The notes beneath the pieces were generated by a model, which ran no database searches, was not told the DNA's origin, and saw nothing but the letters and a program-made list of their open reading frames with translations. This document shows, one piece after another, positions 1-9,573 of a DNA stretch of 32,000 bases. The stretch's first letter is position 1; the number at the start of each line of letters is the position of its first letter. The DNA is from Propionibacteriaceae bacterium (GTDB taxonomy: Bacteria > Actinomycetota > Actinomycetes > Propionibacteriales > Propionibacteriaceae): assembly GCA_031256725.1 (NCBI GenBank), contig JAIRQE010000005.1, positions 60,001 to 92,000 of the forward strand, given 5' to 3'. The position numbers were made by a program, and so were the translations under genes.

Positions 1-506
1 TCTCCACAGTAGGGCGAACGGGTGAGGCCCATGTACTTCATGCCCACCCTTTCGGCGACGAAGGCTGAACTCTTATTGCCTTCAAAGGCGTACCACCACA
101 TGCTCGTGGCTTGAATGGGGAGTCTTGGGTGGAAGGCAGCTTCGATAACTGAGCGTACGGCAGCGGGCATGATTCCGTTACCGCGGGCTCCGGCTCCAAG
201 CCAATAACCAACGTCAACCTTGCGGTCACCATGGCGTTTGAGACCGATACTCCCCCATAGGCCCTCCAGTGGACCATCAGCGACCCACACAGCCCATACA
301 AGCTCTGGACCCTCAGTCTCGGTGGTGTACGTCTTGGTGTTGATCTCACGCCAGGCGACGGACGTGTAATCGCGAATATAGTACTCCGCATCTTCAAGGG
401 TGTACGGGTTGGGTACAGTTGTCCACATGGAAATCTGTGGATCCTGGCATAGTTCACACACCCTAGCCGTATCAAGCGAAGAAAAAGGCCTCAAGGTTAT
501 GGGCAT
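1..506 (-). CDS. GNAT family N-acetyltransferase (RimJ/RimL-like); C-terminus runs off the left edge of the window
   Basis: Absent from the ORF track because it has no stop codon in the window. ATG at 506-504 on the minus strand, and the frame stays open to position 1. Translation: MPITLRPFSSLDTARVCELCQDPQISMWTTVPNPYTLEDAEYYIRDY...GSIGLKRHGDRKVDVGYWLGAGARGNGIMPAAVRSVIEAAF...AFEGNKSSAFVAERVGMKYMG. It shows the GNAT acetyl-CoA-binding pattern (VGYWL....RGNG). The listed ORF 38..475(-) is an R/P-rich alternative frame of the same DNA. Confidence 0.8.
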   Translation of the reverse strand, partial: MPITLRPFSSLDTARVCELCQDPQISMWTTVPNPYTLEDAEYYIRDYTSVAWREINTKTYTTETEGPELVWAVWVADGPLEGLWGSIGLKRHGDRKVDVGYWLGAGARGNGIMPAAVRSVIEAAFHPRLPIQATSMWWYAFEGNKSSAFVAERVGMKYMGLTRSPYCG

Positions 507-605
507 CCCAGTATGGGTGACCGCCGAAAGTATATGAACATCCACATAGCTAGCGTACAGGGTCTCTGACCTACGATGGGTCCTCAGCCAAAGGCCATTG
601 TGGAA

Positions 606-1700
606 CTAGGAGACCTTTCTCCGTACTGAGATGAGCGCAAGCCCCACTACCATCAGCAAGAACGCGAAAGCTCCGACACCAGTTTGTACACTAGCTCCGG
701 TCTGTACCTTGGGAGTCGCAGGCTTTGCAGGTGTTTGTGTACTGTTTGCCTTGGGCTCCTCGGTCGCTACAGTGACAGTAACGACATAGGCCTTTGTACT
801 ACCATCCTCGGCTGTTACTGTGTACGTCACTGGCTTGGTGAAGTCTTGTGCCCCTGTTGGGCTGATCGACGCACCATTATGAACAATGGTTGGGACTACA
901 GAGGTCACATCTGTTCTGGTCGGCACCGTGACTGCAATAGTCGTACCAGTGATGACACCAGCAACTTCGCCGATGGTTAATGATGTGATCTCCTTCGTAG
1001 CTGAAGAAGTTTGGAATGAGGGAATAGAGACAAGCACCCAGGACTGTTCAAGATCTTGTCCATCCTCATCTGAAACGAAGACACGGATACTGGTGGTTTC
1101 CAGGCCATTGACCATGGCGTTAAACTCAAGACTGTGGTGTCCGATGGTGGTGGAGAGTGCATCATGACTCTTCGCCACTCCAGCATCAACAAACTGATCG
1201 ATCTTGACCCATCCTTCAACAGCGCTATCAAACTCAAGGGTGAACTTATCCTCGCTACTTCGAGCAACAGATGCATTCACTATTTCTGTTCGATCTTCGG
1301 TTGTTGGTTCAGCCAGCATTGGCGGTAGCGGGAAGACATATCTAAGAATCTCACCATCGTTGGCCTCACCTGAGGTCCAGAATGACAATTCAATCTCATT
1401 AGCCAGCTTCAATAACCCTGAACCATCATTGTGGGGCATGGCGAGAGTCCAAGAATTATGTCCAGCCTTCAAGGATAGACTAAGTGGATCTCCAAAGCCG
1501 GTTCCATTTACTCGCCAAGTAAAGACAACAGTCCCCTTCTCGGTTGCATCAAACTTCACAGTAAAAGTACTGTCGAAATGACGAGACAAGGTAATATTCG
1601 AAATCTCTGGTATTGCAGCTGAAGCGAGTGGAGCCACACTGGCTTGCAATAAGCCCAAGGCCACAGTGCACCCCACCACGATAGTGACCAGTTTCCTCAT
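606..1700 (-). CDS. Secreted, probably cell-wall-anchored surface protein with Ig-like module (364 aa)
   Basis: Derived from ORF 606..1787(-). I place the start at ATG 1700, with GGGAG 5 nt upstream. This gives a signal peptide MRKLVTIVVGCTVALGLLQASVAPLASA/AIPE. The C-terminus PKVQTGASVQTGVGAFAFLLMVVGLALISVRRKVS has sorting-signal architecture (motif, hydrophobic helix, basic tail). The C-terminal module ...TIAVTVPTRTDVTSVVPTI...DFTKPVTYTVTAEDGSTKAYVVTVTV is typical of bacterial surface Ig-like domains. Confidence 0.75.
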   Translation of the reverse strand: MRKLVTIVVGCTVALGLLQASVAPLASAAIPEISNITLSRHFDSTFTVKFDATEKGTVVFTWRVNGTGFGDPLSLSLKAGHNSWTLAMPHNDGSGLLKLANEIELSFWTSGEANDGEILRYVFPLPPMLAEPTTEDRTEIVNASVARSSEDKFTLEFDSAVEGWVKIDQFVDAGVAKSHDALSTTIGHHSLEFNAMVNGLETTSIRVFVSDEDGQDLEQSWVLVSIPSFQTSSATKEITSLTIGEVAGVITGTTIAVTVPTRTDVTSVVPTIVHNGASISPTGAQDFTKPVTYTVTAEDGSTKAYVVTVTVATEEPKANSTQTPAKPATPKVQTGASVQTGVGAFAFLLMVVGLALISVRRKVS

Positions 1701-2033
1701 TGTCACTCCCTTCAAGGAATCTATGGTCTTCAAATGACCCCGCACTGGGACATCCGCATGTGGACCATAGTGTATGGACACTACCACACTATATAGAGAG
1801 TTTGGCTATATTCTCAGCTGGGGTACGACAGAACCCCCAGCCTGAGACTTGTTTTCGTTATTCGTGACGAAATCCTAGAAATCTATCACTGGCGTGGACA
1901 TTATGCCTAAGTACTTGATAGCTAACTGAAATCAATACGGTGCTCCTCCCGGGTTCTTATTCGAACCCGTTCGTCAACCACTTCCTTGACCTCAACATAG
2001 AACGCAAGCGTCCTCTGCTCTCGACCTGCATTG

Positions 2034-2109
2034 TGGTGCCCCCAGTCGGATTCGAACCGACACTGGATCGATTTTAAGTCGACTGCCTCTGCCGTTGGGC
2101 TATGGGGGC
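2034..2109 (-). tRNA. tRNA, anticodon UAA (nominally Leu) but class-I architecture; isotype uncertain
   Basis: The reverse complement of 2034-2109 is GCCCCCA TA GCCC AACGGCA GAGGC A GTCGA CTTAAAA TCGAT CCAGT GTCGG TTCGAAT CCGAC TGGGGGC A CCA. It has a 7-bp acceptor stem, U8, A14 and G18G19. The anticodon stem is 5 bp, with a 7-nt loop carrying U33 and TAA at positions 34-36. The variable loop is 5 nt, the T stem is 5 bp with a TTCGAAT loop, the discriminator is A73, and CCA is encoded. Confidence 0.85.
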
Positions 2110-2130
2110 CCAGCACCCTATAGTCTCACA

Positions 2131-2162
2131 ACCCTGCTGGTTAATGTCAATGTCAGCAGGGT
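2131..2162 (-). other. Perfect 9-bp hairpin between the ppx stop and the tRNA 5' end
   Basis: ACCCTGCTG (2131-2139) pairs with CAGCAGGGT (2154-2162) around a 14-nt loop. No U-tract follows on the minus strand, so it is not a canonical intrinsic terminator. It could be a processing or stability element. Confidence 0.3.
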
Positions 2163-2231
2163 GGGAGATCACCTCCAGCGAGGCGATGAGCTTCATACCA
2201 AGAGATACGTCCCCTGACACGTGGGAGATCA

Positions 2232-3152
2232 CTACGGTTGCGCGACCATGAGTTTCATGGCGGCACCATCAAGGATATCTGTCTCACGTACCACCATGGG
2301 TCGCCCTACTCTCTGTGCAATTTCAGCGGCAATCAGGGAACCCGCGCAAATCACTTCGGCTCTCTCCACTTGAAGACTTGGGTACAGGGCGATAGTCTCA
2401 GCCACGGTCATTGTGAGTAGTCGCTGGGAGAGTTCGGCAACGGTGGTGAGCTCGAGGGTCGAGTTGTGCACCCTTGCTCGGTCGTAGGCTGGCAATTCCT
2501 GGTGCATTCCAGACAAGGATGTGACCGTCCCTGCAACCCCGATGAAGGTTTCGATTCCTCCCAAGGGTACAGCGCAGTTGTCCAGGAGGTTGGCCACGAA
2601 TTCGCTGGCCTGGGCGATATGGTCGGGCTGTGGAGGATCTGTAAGCAGGTACCTCTCCCTAATCCGTACAGAACCCATATCCAAACTGACTGAGGATTCG
2701 ATGACTCCTGCAGTACTTCCACGAATCAGTTCGGTGGAGCCGCCACCAATATCAATGACCAGAGCATCCCCATCTGATGTGGGTCCTCCTGCAAGGGCAC
2801 CAAGGAAACTCAATTCTGCTTCCTCTTCGCCGGAGATGATCTGTGGAAGGATACCGAGCCGCGCGTGTACCCCTTGATAAAAGTCCTCACGGTTCTTGGC
2901 GTCCCTGGCAGCAGAGGTGGCCACGAATCGTACCTGATCAACATTGAGGTCGTGGATGTTCTGGGTGTACTCGGACACTATGGAGAAGGTACGTTCCAAA
3001 GCATCAGGGTGGAAACTACCGGTAGCGTCCACTCCTTGGCCCAGGCGAGCGAACCTCACTTGGCGGGTGACCTCGGTGAGTCCATCCGCAGTACCATCAG
3101 CGACTAAGAGACGTAGGGTGTTGGTACCACAGTCGATGATGGCAACCCTCAT
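2232..3152 (-). CDS. ppx: Ppx/GppA family exopolyphosphatase (306 aa)
   Basis: The N-terminus MRVAIIDCGTNTLRLLVADG and the motif DIGGGSTELI are the ASKHA-fold Ppx/GppA phosphate-binding motifs. Its ATG overlaps the TGA of the upstream DUF501 gene (ATGA). Its position downstream of eno-ftsB-DUF501 matches actinobacterial synteny. Confidence 0.9.
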   Translation of the reverse strand: MRVAIIDCGTNTLRLLVADGTADGLTEVTRQVRFARLGQGVDATGSFHPDALERTFSIVSEYTQNIHDLNVDQVRFVATSAARDAKNREDFYQGVHARLGILPQIISGEEEAELSFLGALAGGPTSDGDALVIDIGGGSTELIRGSTAGVIESSVSLDMGSVRIRERYLLTDPPQPDHIAQASEFVANLLDNCAVPLGGIETFIGVAGTVTSLSGMHQELPAYDRARVHNSTLELTTVAELSQRLLTMTVAETIALYPSLQVERAEVICAGSLIAAEIAQRVGRPMVVRETDILDGAAMKLMVAQP

Positions 3153-3817
3153 GGCGTTCCCTTCATGTCATCGTCTTTATTGTCATCCTGCGTATTAATC
3201 GCAGGATCCAGGACAGTCCCGTCGAGACAGGGGGTTGCCCAAAACTCCCCCATTGCGGCACATGCTTCATCCCCCAAAGGATTAACACCGGGACCCTTAG
3301 CAAGGCAGTGAGCAACCAACGTGTGAAGGCATTTCACACGGTCAGGCATTCCACCAGCAGAGATCCCAGAGATTTGAGGTACCTCAAGACCCAGGTCCTG
3401 AGCCAAGGAATCCCGGTCAGTAAGATAGGACTCATGGGCCTGATGATAGTGGGCAGCAAGGTCGGGGTCCTCACCCAAACGTTGGGTCATCTCAAGCATC
3501 ATTCCGCTGCCCTCCAGGGTCGAACAGATCTTTGTCGCCCTGGGACAGGTGAGATAGTAGGTCGTGGGGAAAGGGGTCCCATCAGGCAGACGGGGGGCAG
3601 TCTTCACCACGCCGGGTTTCCCGCAGGGGCACCTCCATGCAACGTCGACGGCTCCGCGAGGGGTACGACCCAACTGGGCTTCGATGATGGCAAGATCAGA
3701 TGGATCGAGGTGGGGCCGGTTCGTTTCTGACACATTTTCGTGACAGAGGGACAGGTCACGGGTCGTGTCATCGTCAGATGAACCCACAGACTCTCTCACC
3801 GATTCATTCGCGCTCAT
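3149..3817 (-). CDS. DUF501 domain protein
   Basis: Contains LGRTPRGAVDVAWRCPCGKPGVVKTAPRLPDGTPFPTTYYLTCPRATKICSTLEGSGMM, the conserved DUF501 core. The start is either ATG 3817 (TGATG junction with the ftsB stop) or GTG 3820. The stop overlaps the ppx start. Confidence 0.85.
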   Translation of the reverse strand: MSANESVRESVGSSDDDTTRDLSLCHENVSETNRPHLDPSDLAIIEAQLGRTPRGAVDVAWRCPCGKPGVVKTAPRLPDGTPFPTTYYLTCPRATKICSTLEGSGMMLEMTQRLGEDPDLAAHYHQAHESYLTDRDSLAQDLGLEVPQISGISAGGMPDRVKCLHTLVAHCLAKGPGVNPLGDEACAAMGEFWATPCLDGTVLDPAINTQDDNKDDDMKGTP

Positions 3818-4416
3818 CACCGTGGCGGCTCAATGTCATCAGGACCAAAGGTGGAGGGGCCACTAGGATCGGATGGGTCTGGTGCCGGCTGATCAGCCCC
3901 TTGGAGACTCACCCATAGGGCGTCGTACCAAATCATCCTAACCTCATCGCCATCCTCAATACTCCCCACTGTTCCGCCAATGAGATTTCCATTCTCATCG
4001 ACTACACGGTACCCAACCTCCCCGGGGAGAACCCAGCCCAAGCGATCGCGCGCCTGGGATCGTACATAGGCTGGATCTCGCCAACGCATGAGTTCATCTT
4101 GCAAACGGGCGATCTCAGACTTGTGGGAGATGATATCGGACTTCGCCTGAGTAATATCCCTTTGCTGACCCAGGTAGACCCCGAAACTGGATACGAAGGA
4201 AATCATCAACACTGCCACGATCCCAATGAGGATCACAAAGCGATGTGTCATCCCCAAAGCCAACGAAGAAATGACCTGCGAGCGCGCCTCGGCATGAGCC
4301 TGAGGGGAACTCAGAGTTTCCTCATTTTCTGGGGTTGGAACAACGCGCTGTTCACGCCTAACTCCGGGACGAGTAGATCCTCGACCCGGAGTACGACGTG
4401 GTGGCTGTGTTGGCAT
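3817..4416 (-). CDS. ftsB: Septum formation initiator (FtsB/DivIC family), 199 aa
   Basis: Single TM segment (FVILIGIVAVLMISFVSSFGVYL) followed by a coiled coil (QRDITQAKSDIISHKSEIARLQDELMRWRDPAYVRSQARDRLGWV). The start codon directly abuts the eno stop. Confidence 0.8.
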   Translation of the reverse strand: MPTQPPRRTPGRGSTRPGVRREQRVVPTPENEETLSSPQAHAEARSQVISSLALGMTHRFVILIGIVAVLMISFVSSFGVYLGQQRDITQAKSDIISHKSEIARLQDELMRWRDPAYVRSQARDRLGWVLPGEVGYRVVDENGNLIGGTVGSIEDGDEVRMIWYDALWVSLQGADQPAPDPSDPSGPSTFGPDDIEPPR

Positions 4417-5844
<1,428 letters not shown>

Positions 5845-5880
5845 TCAACCACAAGTGATCAGCCACACCGATGACGAAGG

Positions 5881-6183
5881 TCACGACGAGGTACGACCCT
5901 CATCACGGATCTGATCATGGTGACGTACCACCTCGGTCATGATGAAAGTCACCACCTTTTCCGCAAACTCTGGATCAAGCTGGGATTCTTCGGCTAAGGC
6001 CCGCAACCGTTGTACCTGTTGAGCCTCGCGATTGGGGTCGGCTGCAGGAAGATCCTGGGTGGCTTTGATCTGGCCCACACGCTGGGTAATCTTGAATCTC
6101 TCCGCCAACAGATGTATGAGGGCAGCATCAAGATTGTCTATTGATCGTCGAGCCTCAGCGAGGTCCTCAGGGATCTTTGACAT
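5881..6183 (-). CDS. Chorismate mutase, AroQ class (100 aa)
   Basis: Sequence MSKIPEDLAEARRSIDNLDAALIHLLAERFKITQRVGQIKA...DPNREAQQVQRLRALAEE. The R-x-x-ID-x-LD-x-x-L-x-x-LL-x-x-R helix is the AroQ signature. ATG 6183 is preceded by GGAGG. The 84 codons upstream in the track ORF overlap the divergent antiporter start and look spurious. Confidence 0.85.
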   Translation of the reverse strand: MSKIPEDLAEARRSIDNLDAALIHLLAERFKITQRVGQIKATQDLPAADPNREAQQVQRLRALAEESQLDPEFAEKVVTFIMTEVVRHHDQIRDEGRTSS

Positions 6184-6271
6184 GGGAGTCCTCCTATCCT
6201 CAGACTGCGCGGTGATGTCCGAATAGTCGACTTGTGCCGCCAGCAACACCACTATAGGAGAGAATACCCAT

Positions 6272-7951
6272 ATGGAACATATTCCCTCTGAGGTTTTCCT
6301 CGTTGTTCTGGTCGTTGCAATCGTCATTGCCCTGTCGTCAGTATCTGACAGGCTTGGCATTGCTCCCCCACTGATTCTCATGCTTGTTGGGGTTGGTATC
6401 AGCTTCCTTCCCTTTGTCACTCCTATAGAGATCAAGCCCGAATGGATTCTGATGGTAATACTGCCGCCCCTGCTCTATGGGGCTGCTCTTGCTATACCGA
6501 CAGTCGACTTCCGGCGAGACTTTTCAGCAGTCGGTGGCCTAGCAGTCTTCCTCGTGGTGGCAAGTGCGCTCATCATGGGGCTTATCATCCACTGGATCAT
6601 CCCGGATGTGAGCCTGGCCTATGGCATTGCTCTTGGGGCTATTCTTTCCCCCACAGATGCGGCAGCCACAACGATTGCGCGACGCTTGGGGGTACCCTCG
6701 CGTGTCAGTATTATCCTCCAAGGCGAATCCCTCCTCAATGACGCTACGGCATTAGTACTACTGCGCTCTGCTATCGCTGCTGCTGCGGCTACCGCTGGTT
6801 CAGTATCGGTGTGGAAGGTCGCAGGAGACTTCCTGTGGGCTGCCCTTGCAGCCGCTGCGATTGGCGCAGTTATCGGCTGGTTGGGGGTACGCGTACGCCG
6901 CCTGATTCATGAATCAGCTGGGACGACAGCCATGTCTTTCCTGATCCCCTTCCTTGCGTTCATTCCTGCCGAACTCGTACATGCCTCTGGCCTTGTCGCT
7001 GTTGTGGCCGCTGGACTCGTGGCCGCCCAAAAGGGGCCCAAGCATCTGGATGCCCGCCAACGTTTGTCTGAGCAAGCCAACTGGCACACGGTGGAGTACA
7101 TTCTTGAGGGAGCAGTCTTCTTCATCATGGGTCTCGAACTTAAAAAGTTCATTCTTGACGTTCACCAGTCCAGTGAATCTCTATGGGCAGGACTAGGTAT
7201 TGCTGCCTTGGCCCTATTCATCATTACTGTTCTTCGTGGGGGATTCATCGCAGGTTTGGTCAAAGCCACACAGCACACCTCGTCAAAGAAAATTGAACGC
7301 AGTGAAAAACTCAAAGATGTCGACCTTGATCTTGCCTTGTCCAAACGTGATGAGCTACTCATGGAACGTCGCGCCCACCTCAAAGCACGCCTGTCCAATT
7401 GGGATAACACCGAAGAGCGCAAGGCTCATCGCCTTGAGTACTTCACCACCCTTGCTCAACGCTACATCGCGGACGCTGAGTACCTTATCAGGCAGCCTCT
7501 CGGATTCAAGGAGGGCAGCCTACTCATCTGGGGTGGTATGCGTGGGGTTGTCACCCTTGCTGCAGCCCAAACTCTTCCCGCAGCTACTCCCCATCGTTCA
7601 CTGATGATCCTGATCGCCTTCTTTGTTGCGGCTGGTTCTCTCGTCATCCAGGGCGGAACCCTAGGCTGGGCAGTTAAAGGATTGGGTCTCGATGGGATGG
7701 ATGTCGAACCTGAGGGCGAATGGGAACGCCTCCAAAACGAGCTCAAGCAGGGTGCGAAAGACTGGAAGCAACCTGAGACTAAGCCCGTACCTGATGCTCT
7801 CGTTCCCTTGGCGAAGCTGCGAGCCCAGCGTGCTGTTCTCCTGGAGTTGCGCTCCACAGGTACCTACAGCTCAAGTTGCCTTGCCCATGCGCTCAATGAA
7901 CTGGATGCCGAGGAACTAGGGCTGCAGATCCGCCTCCACCAAGGCGACTAA
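6272..7951 (+). CDS. Na+/H+ antiporter, CPA1 (NhaP-type) family, 559 aa
   Basis: About 11-12 hydrophobic segments. Contains AILSPTDAAATTIARRLGVPSRVSIILQGESLLNDATALVL (CPA1 TD/ND motif region), plus a ~170-aa hydrophilic C-terminal tail. AGGAGAG lies 9-10 nt upstream of the ATG. Confidence 0.9.
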   Translation: MEHIPSEVFLVVLVVAIVIALSSVSDRLGIAPPLILMLVGVGISFLPFVTPIEIKPEWILMVILPPLLYGAALAIPTVDFRRDFSAVGGLAVFLVVASALIMGLIIHWIIPDVSLAYGIALGAILSPTDAAATTIARRLGVPSRVSIILQGESLLNDATALVLLRSAIAAAAATAGSVSVWKVAGDFLWAALAAAAIGAVIGWLGVRVRRLIHESAGTTAMSFLIPFLAFIPAELVHASGLVAVVAAGLVAAQKGPKHLDARQRLSEQANWHTVEYILEGAVFFIMGLELKKFILDVHQSSESLWAGLGIAALALFIITVLRGGFIAGLVKATQHTSSKKIERSEKLKDVDLDLALSKRDELLMERRAHLKARLSNWDNTEERKAHRLEYFTTLAQRYIADAEYLIRQPLGFKEGSLLIWGGMRGVVTLAAAQTLPAATPHRSLMILIAFFVAAGSLVIQGGTLGWAVKGLGLDGMDVEPEGEWERLQNELKQGAKDWKQPETKPVPDALVPLAKLRAQRAVLLELRSTGTYSSSCLAHALNELDAEELGLQIRLHQGD

Positions 7952-7968
7952 TTCGACTAATCGAGGGA

Positions 7969-9519
7969 TCACTCCCATTCGATGGTGCCAGGTGGCTTGG
8001 ACGTGATGTCCACGACCACGCGGTTTACTTCGCGTACCTCGTTGGTGATGCGAGTCGAGATCTTCTCCATGACATCGTAGGGTAGGCGTCCCCAGTCAGC
8101 AGTCATCGCATCTTCGCTTGTCACAGGGCGCAGAACAATGGGGTGACCGTAGGTACGCTCATCACCTTGAACGCCGACAGATCGTACGTCTGCAAGAAGA
8201 ACAACAGGGAACTGCCAGATCTGGCGATCCAAGCCAGCAAGGGTCAGTTCCTCACGTGCGATGGCATCAGCCTCCCTGAGGATAGACAACCGGTCTTCGG
8301 TCACCTCCCCGATGATGCGAATGGCAAGCCCCGGCCCTGGGAATGGGTGACGCCACACCATTTCAGACGGCAATCCGAGTTCCTCGCCCACCGCGCGTAC
8401 CTCGTCTTTAAAGAGGGTACGCAAAGGCTCAACGAGGTCAAAACTGAGATCATCTGGGAGCCCTCCAACATTATGGTGGCTCTTGATATTGGCTGTACCT
8501 GTACCTCCACCTGATTCGACGACGTCAGGATAGAGGGTCCCTTGGACAAGGAAACCTATCCCCTTCTCCCCGGCTAGTTTTCTGGCCTCAGCCTCGAAGG
8601 TACGGATGAACTGATGACCGATCGCCTTCCTCTTAGTCTCAGGGTCGGTGACACCCTTGAGCTTTTCCAGGAACTCATCGGCGACTCGGGCGACTACCAA
8701 CTGGGCACCCGTTGCGGCAACAAAGTCACGCTCAACAGCCTCGGCCTCACCCTTGCGAAGGAGCCCATGGTCAACAAAGACACAGGTGAGATTGTCCCCG
8801 ATTGCCCTTTGGACAAGTGCAGCGGCAACGGCAGAATCCACGCCACCAGAGAGTCCGCATAGTACCTTGGCGTCCCCCACTTGCTCACGGATCGCAGCGA
8901 CCGAATCCTCAACAATGGTTGACGAATCCCAGCCATAGCCTAGGCCCGCCACCTCGTGGAGGAAGTGGGATAGGACCCGTTGTCCGTATTCAGAGTGGAG
9001 CACTTCGGGATGCCATTGGACGCCCGCAAGTTTGCGTGAAGGGTCCTCCATGGCGGCAACCTCAGCGCCCTCGGTGGTCGCCAGGGAACAGAAACCTTGG
9101 GGCGGGCAGTGTACTGAAACCCCATGGCTCATCCATACCGAGAACTCGCGTGGTACCCCGCTGAGTAGCCGGCCTGGAGTGTGAACTGTCAATGGGGTAC
9201 GTCCGAACTCCGAGAGTTCTGTTCGATCAACCTCCCCACCTAGGGCTAGGGCCATGGCCTGGAATCCGTAACAGATACCGAAGACTGGTACGCCTTGCTC
9301 GAAGAGGGCTGGAGGTACTTGGGGTGCTCCAGGTTCGTAGACCGAGGCAGGTCCACCCGAAAGGATGATCGCAGATGGCTTCTTGGCCATGATCTCCTCC
9401 ACCGAGGCGGAATGGGGAATGATCTCTGAATAAACCTGAGCCTCGCGTACCCTTCTTGCAATAAGTTGAGCGTACTGAGCGCCATAATCAACGACAAGGA
9501 CAAGTTCGCGGGAAGTCAT
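7969..9519 (-). CDS. guaA: GMP synthase (glutamine-hydrolysing), 516 aa
   Basis: The GATase-1 domain has GICYGFQ and WHPE motifs. The ATP-PPase domain has the SGGVDSAV P-loop. The C-terminal dimerisation end is ...KPPGTIEWE. Confidence 0.95.
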   Translation of the reverse strand: MTSRELVLVVDYGAQYAQLIARRVREAQVYSEIIPHSASVEEIMAKKPSAIILSGGPASVYEPGAPQVPPALFEQGVPVFGICYGFQAMALALGGEVDRTELSEFGRTPLTVHTPGRLLSGVPREFSVWMSHGVSVHCPPQGFCSLATTEGAEVAAMEDPSRKLAGVQWHPEVLHSEYGQRVLSHFLHEVAGLGYGWDSSTIVEDSVAAIREQVGDAKVLCGLSGGVDSAVAAALVQRAIGDNLTCVFVDHGLLRKGEAEAVERDFVAATGAQLVVARVADEFLEKLKGVTDPETKRKAIGHQFIRTFEAEARKLAGEKGIGFLVQGTLYPDVVESGGGTGTANIKSHHNVGGLPDDLSFDLVEPLRTLFKDEVRAVGEELGLPSEMVWRHPFPGPGLAIRIIGEVTEDRLSILREADAIAREELTLAGLDRQIWQFPVVLLADVRSVGVQGDERTYGHPIVLRPVTSEDAMTADWGRLPYDVMEKISTRITNEVREVNRVVVDITSKPPGTIEWE

Positions 9520-9573
9520 AGGATCAGTCTAGTGAGTTGAAGAGTTCATCCTTAACGATCAGGGGTACGCGGA

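Noticed and set aside
38-475. 145-aa minus-strand ORF from the track
   Set aside because: It is an alternative frame of the GNAT gene (1..506). The GNAT frame has clear family motifs, whereas this frame is R/P/S-rich.
6184-6435. N-terminal 84-codon extension of the chorismate mutase ORF. The same applies to 30930..31280 upstream of the VOC gene, 1701..1787 upstream of the surface protein and 18475..18546 upstream of gltX
   Set aside because: The extensions overlap divergent genes or promoter regions and lack family similarity. Internal ATGs with an SD give proteins of canonical length.
7945-7961. Tandem 8-mers CGACTAAT-t-CGACTAAT at the antiporter stop codon, in the 17-bp gap before convergent guaA
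   Set aside because: It is a small local duplication that merely provides a second in-frame-independent TAA. It is too short to interpret and has no hairpin or other signal.
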